Assembly (NCBI GenBank): GCA_023205875.1
Contig: CP060765.1
Coordinates: 604,487 to 624,486 of the forward strand
Length of the DNA stretch: 20,000 nucleotides
From: Chloropicon primus
Taxonomy: Eukaryota
Direction of reading: 5' to 3'
Below, in pieces: positions 18,485 through 20,000 of this stretch. A program made the position numbers and the translations under genes. The notes beneath the pieces are model-generated. The model ran no database searches, was not told the origin of the DNA, and saw only the letters and a list, made by a program, of their open reading frames with translations. Each line of letters opens with the position of its first letter. Within the stretch, counting starts at the first letter, position 1.

Positions 18485-19370
18485 ACGCAAAGGCCCGACT
18501 GCGTGGCGGCGGCGGCGACGACGACGACGACGATTTTAACTTCTTTGTAATTGCACGTTTTATCAACTTGATGTTTGCGTTGGTGTCGAAGGAGAAGATG
18601 TCTTCTTCGCTGGACTTCTTCCGGTGGTGTTAGGCAGGTGAGTTGCTTTGAGGTGTGTTTGTGGGTCTGTGTGGGTCCAATTGGGGGCCTTGGAATGCGT
18701 TGGTCTCATTCGCCTTGCTCCACGACAATGAGTGGGAGGAGGGCCCAGATGATGTGTGGTTTGGTCCGCGCACTGGCGTCGAGGGGTGAGAGAGGAGAGG
18801 TGTTCTTGGGGCAATGCAGGAGTGTGGGAGAGGGGAGGAGGCGAGGAGAGGTGTCTGTGGGTAGTTGTTCGTGGCTTGGATCCTCTTGGTTTGGTTCATG
18901 ATGACTCGATTGTGTAATGTAGGTGTGTATGATGTGATTCTGTTGCTATTATTGTCCATTTTGGGCCTATTTTTGGTACGAATAGTAAAGTGACGGATCC
19001 AGTTCGTGTCCGATGGCTGTGAAACTTTGTCAGAAGGGGCTTGTATTTTATATTTGGATACTCCTTTACTATGGTGTATCTTCCCGTCGTCGTCGAACCT
19101 GTAGAGGTCCATCTGTCGGACCACTAAAACCCAAACCACAGCCCTCCATGGAGGATGATGATGTTATGTGAATGGAGTCCGTCATGGAGAGACCTGTTCC
19201 GGGTGGAGTGCAATCTAGGGCACCTGACAATAACGAGGTCCAATCGTAAACCTTACCCTGATCCACTCTTCTGCTGGAATCCGTCGTCTTATGCGACCTG
19301 GTTTAGGGCCGACTAAAAGCCAGATCACACTTAAAACTTATACCAGAAGGAAAACATGCGGTTTAGGCTT

Positions 19371-19662
19371 GGAGGCACCACAGAAAGCTTGGATGATGCA
19401 ACGGTGTCTTTCTCTTAGGTTTCTTTTGTTCTCCGGCTCCTTTCCTTGGCAAGGTCGTCCTTCCTTCCTTCCTCGGGCAAACCCTACTCAAGGCACTTCG
19501 GACCCACGAGAGGGCCTTTTAGGCGTTAGGTTTTAGGACTCCCAAGGCTTTAGGAAACTCGGTGACTCGGAGGCACCACGGAAAGCTTGGATGATGCGAC
19601 GGTGTCTTTCTCTTAGGCTTCTTTTGTTCTCCGGCTCCTTTCCTTGGCTAGGTCGTCCTTCC
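19371..19662 (+). repeat. Subtelomeric 94-bp direct repeat, two copies (19371-19464 and 19569-19662)
   Basis: GGAGGCACCAC...GGTCGTCCTTCC, 198 bp apart, with 4 substitutions by manual comparison. Confidence 0.95.
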
Positions 19663-19738
19663 ATAGGTTTGTAGGTTTGTAGGTTTGTTAGGTTGTTAGG
19701 TTGTTAGGTTGGTTTAGGTTTTGGTTTAGGTTTTAGGG
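19663..19738 (+). repeat. Degenerate telomere variant repeats
   Basis: TTTGTAGG x2, TTTGTTAGG, TTGTTAGG x2, TTTAGG, TTTTGG and TTTTAGGG. Confidence 0.9.
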
Positions 19739-20000
19739 TTTTAGGTTTTAGGTTTTAGGTTTTAGGTTTTAGGTTTTAGGTTTTAGGTTTTAGGTTTTAG
19801 GTTTTAGGTTTTAGGTTTTAGGTTTTTAGGTTTTAGGTTTTAGGTTTTGGTTTTAGGTTTTAGGTTTTTAGGTTTTAGGTTTTAGGTTTTAGGTTTTAGG
19901 TTTTAGGTTTTAGGTTTTAGGTTTTAGGTTTTAGGTTTTAGGTTTTAGGTTTTAGGTTTAGGTTTTAGGTTTTAGGTTTTAGGTTTTAGGTTTTAGGTTT
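19739..20000 (+). repeat. Telomere (TTTTAGG)n
   Basis: About 37 tandem heptamers run to the window end, with the G-rich strand 5'->3' towards the end. There are occasional T5AG2, T3AG2 and T4G2 variants. Confidence 0.97.

Noticed and set aside
208..18490. Long antisense or overlapping ORFs (208..1464+, 2869..4557+, 4622..6103+, 7914..9374+, 9622..11247+, 11532..14348-, 17036..18490-)
   Set aside because: They are shadows of high-GC3 genes on the opposite strand or in another frame, with no recognisable motifs.
19123..19137. CTAAAACCCAAACC as a telomerase RNA template
   Set aside because: The match is only 8 nt. I found no clear type-3 Pol III promoter or conserved structure. An inverted degenerate telomere motif is the simpler explanation.
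19371..19662. The 94-bp repeats as LTRs or a CRISPR array
   Set aside because: There are only two copies with a 104-bp spacer, no TG...CA ends, no PBS/PPT and no cas genes, and the context is eukaryotic.

Overview
This is a eukaryotic, GC-rich, very gene-dense and intron-poor chromosome end. The window runs into a (TTTTAGG)n telomere at its 3' end. TGTAA polyadenylation signals after most genes, probable plastid transit peptides and the compact layout point to a small chlorophyte alga. A Chloropicon-like lineage is my inference and is not proven. There are 12 protein genes: the 3' end of TAD3/ADAT3, two head-to-head PGYxG-repeat (FAM166/FAP129-type) ciliary inner-protein genes (one spliced), a BASS4-like transporter, a START-domain protein, IFT22/RABL5, tandem ALG2 and ALG7/DPAGT1, a ZTL/FKF1-like F-box-Kelch protein with no LOV domain, a spliced BolA, an uncharacterised protein and a FAM228-like protein. 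After them come about 1.2 kb of subtelomere (strand-skewed ORF remnants, a 94-bp duplication, degenerate telomere repeats) and the telomere. The most interesting points are the concentration of cilia-related genes, the LOV-less ZTL-like gene, a BolA candidate cassette exon whose 5' splice site lies inside a perfect palindrome, the ALG7-ALG2 pair and the subtelomere structure. All family assignments come from motifs recognised from memory; no searches were run.
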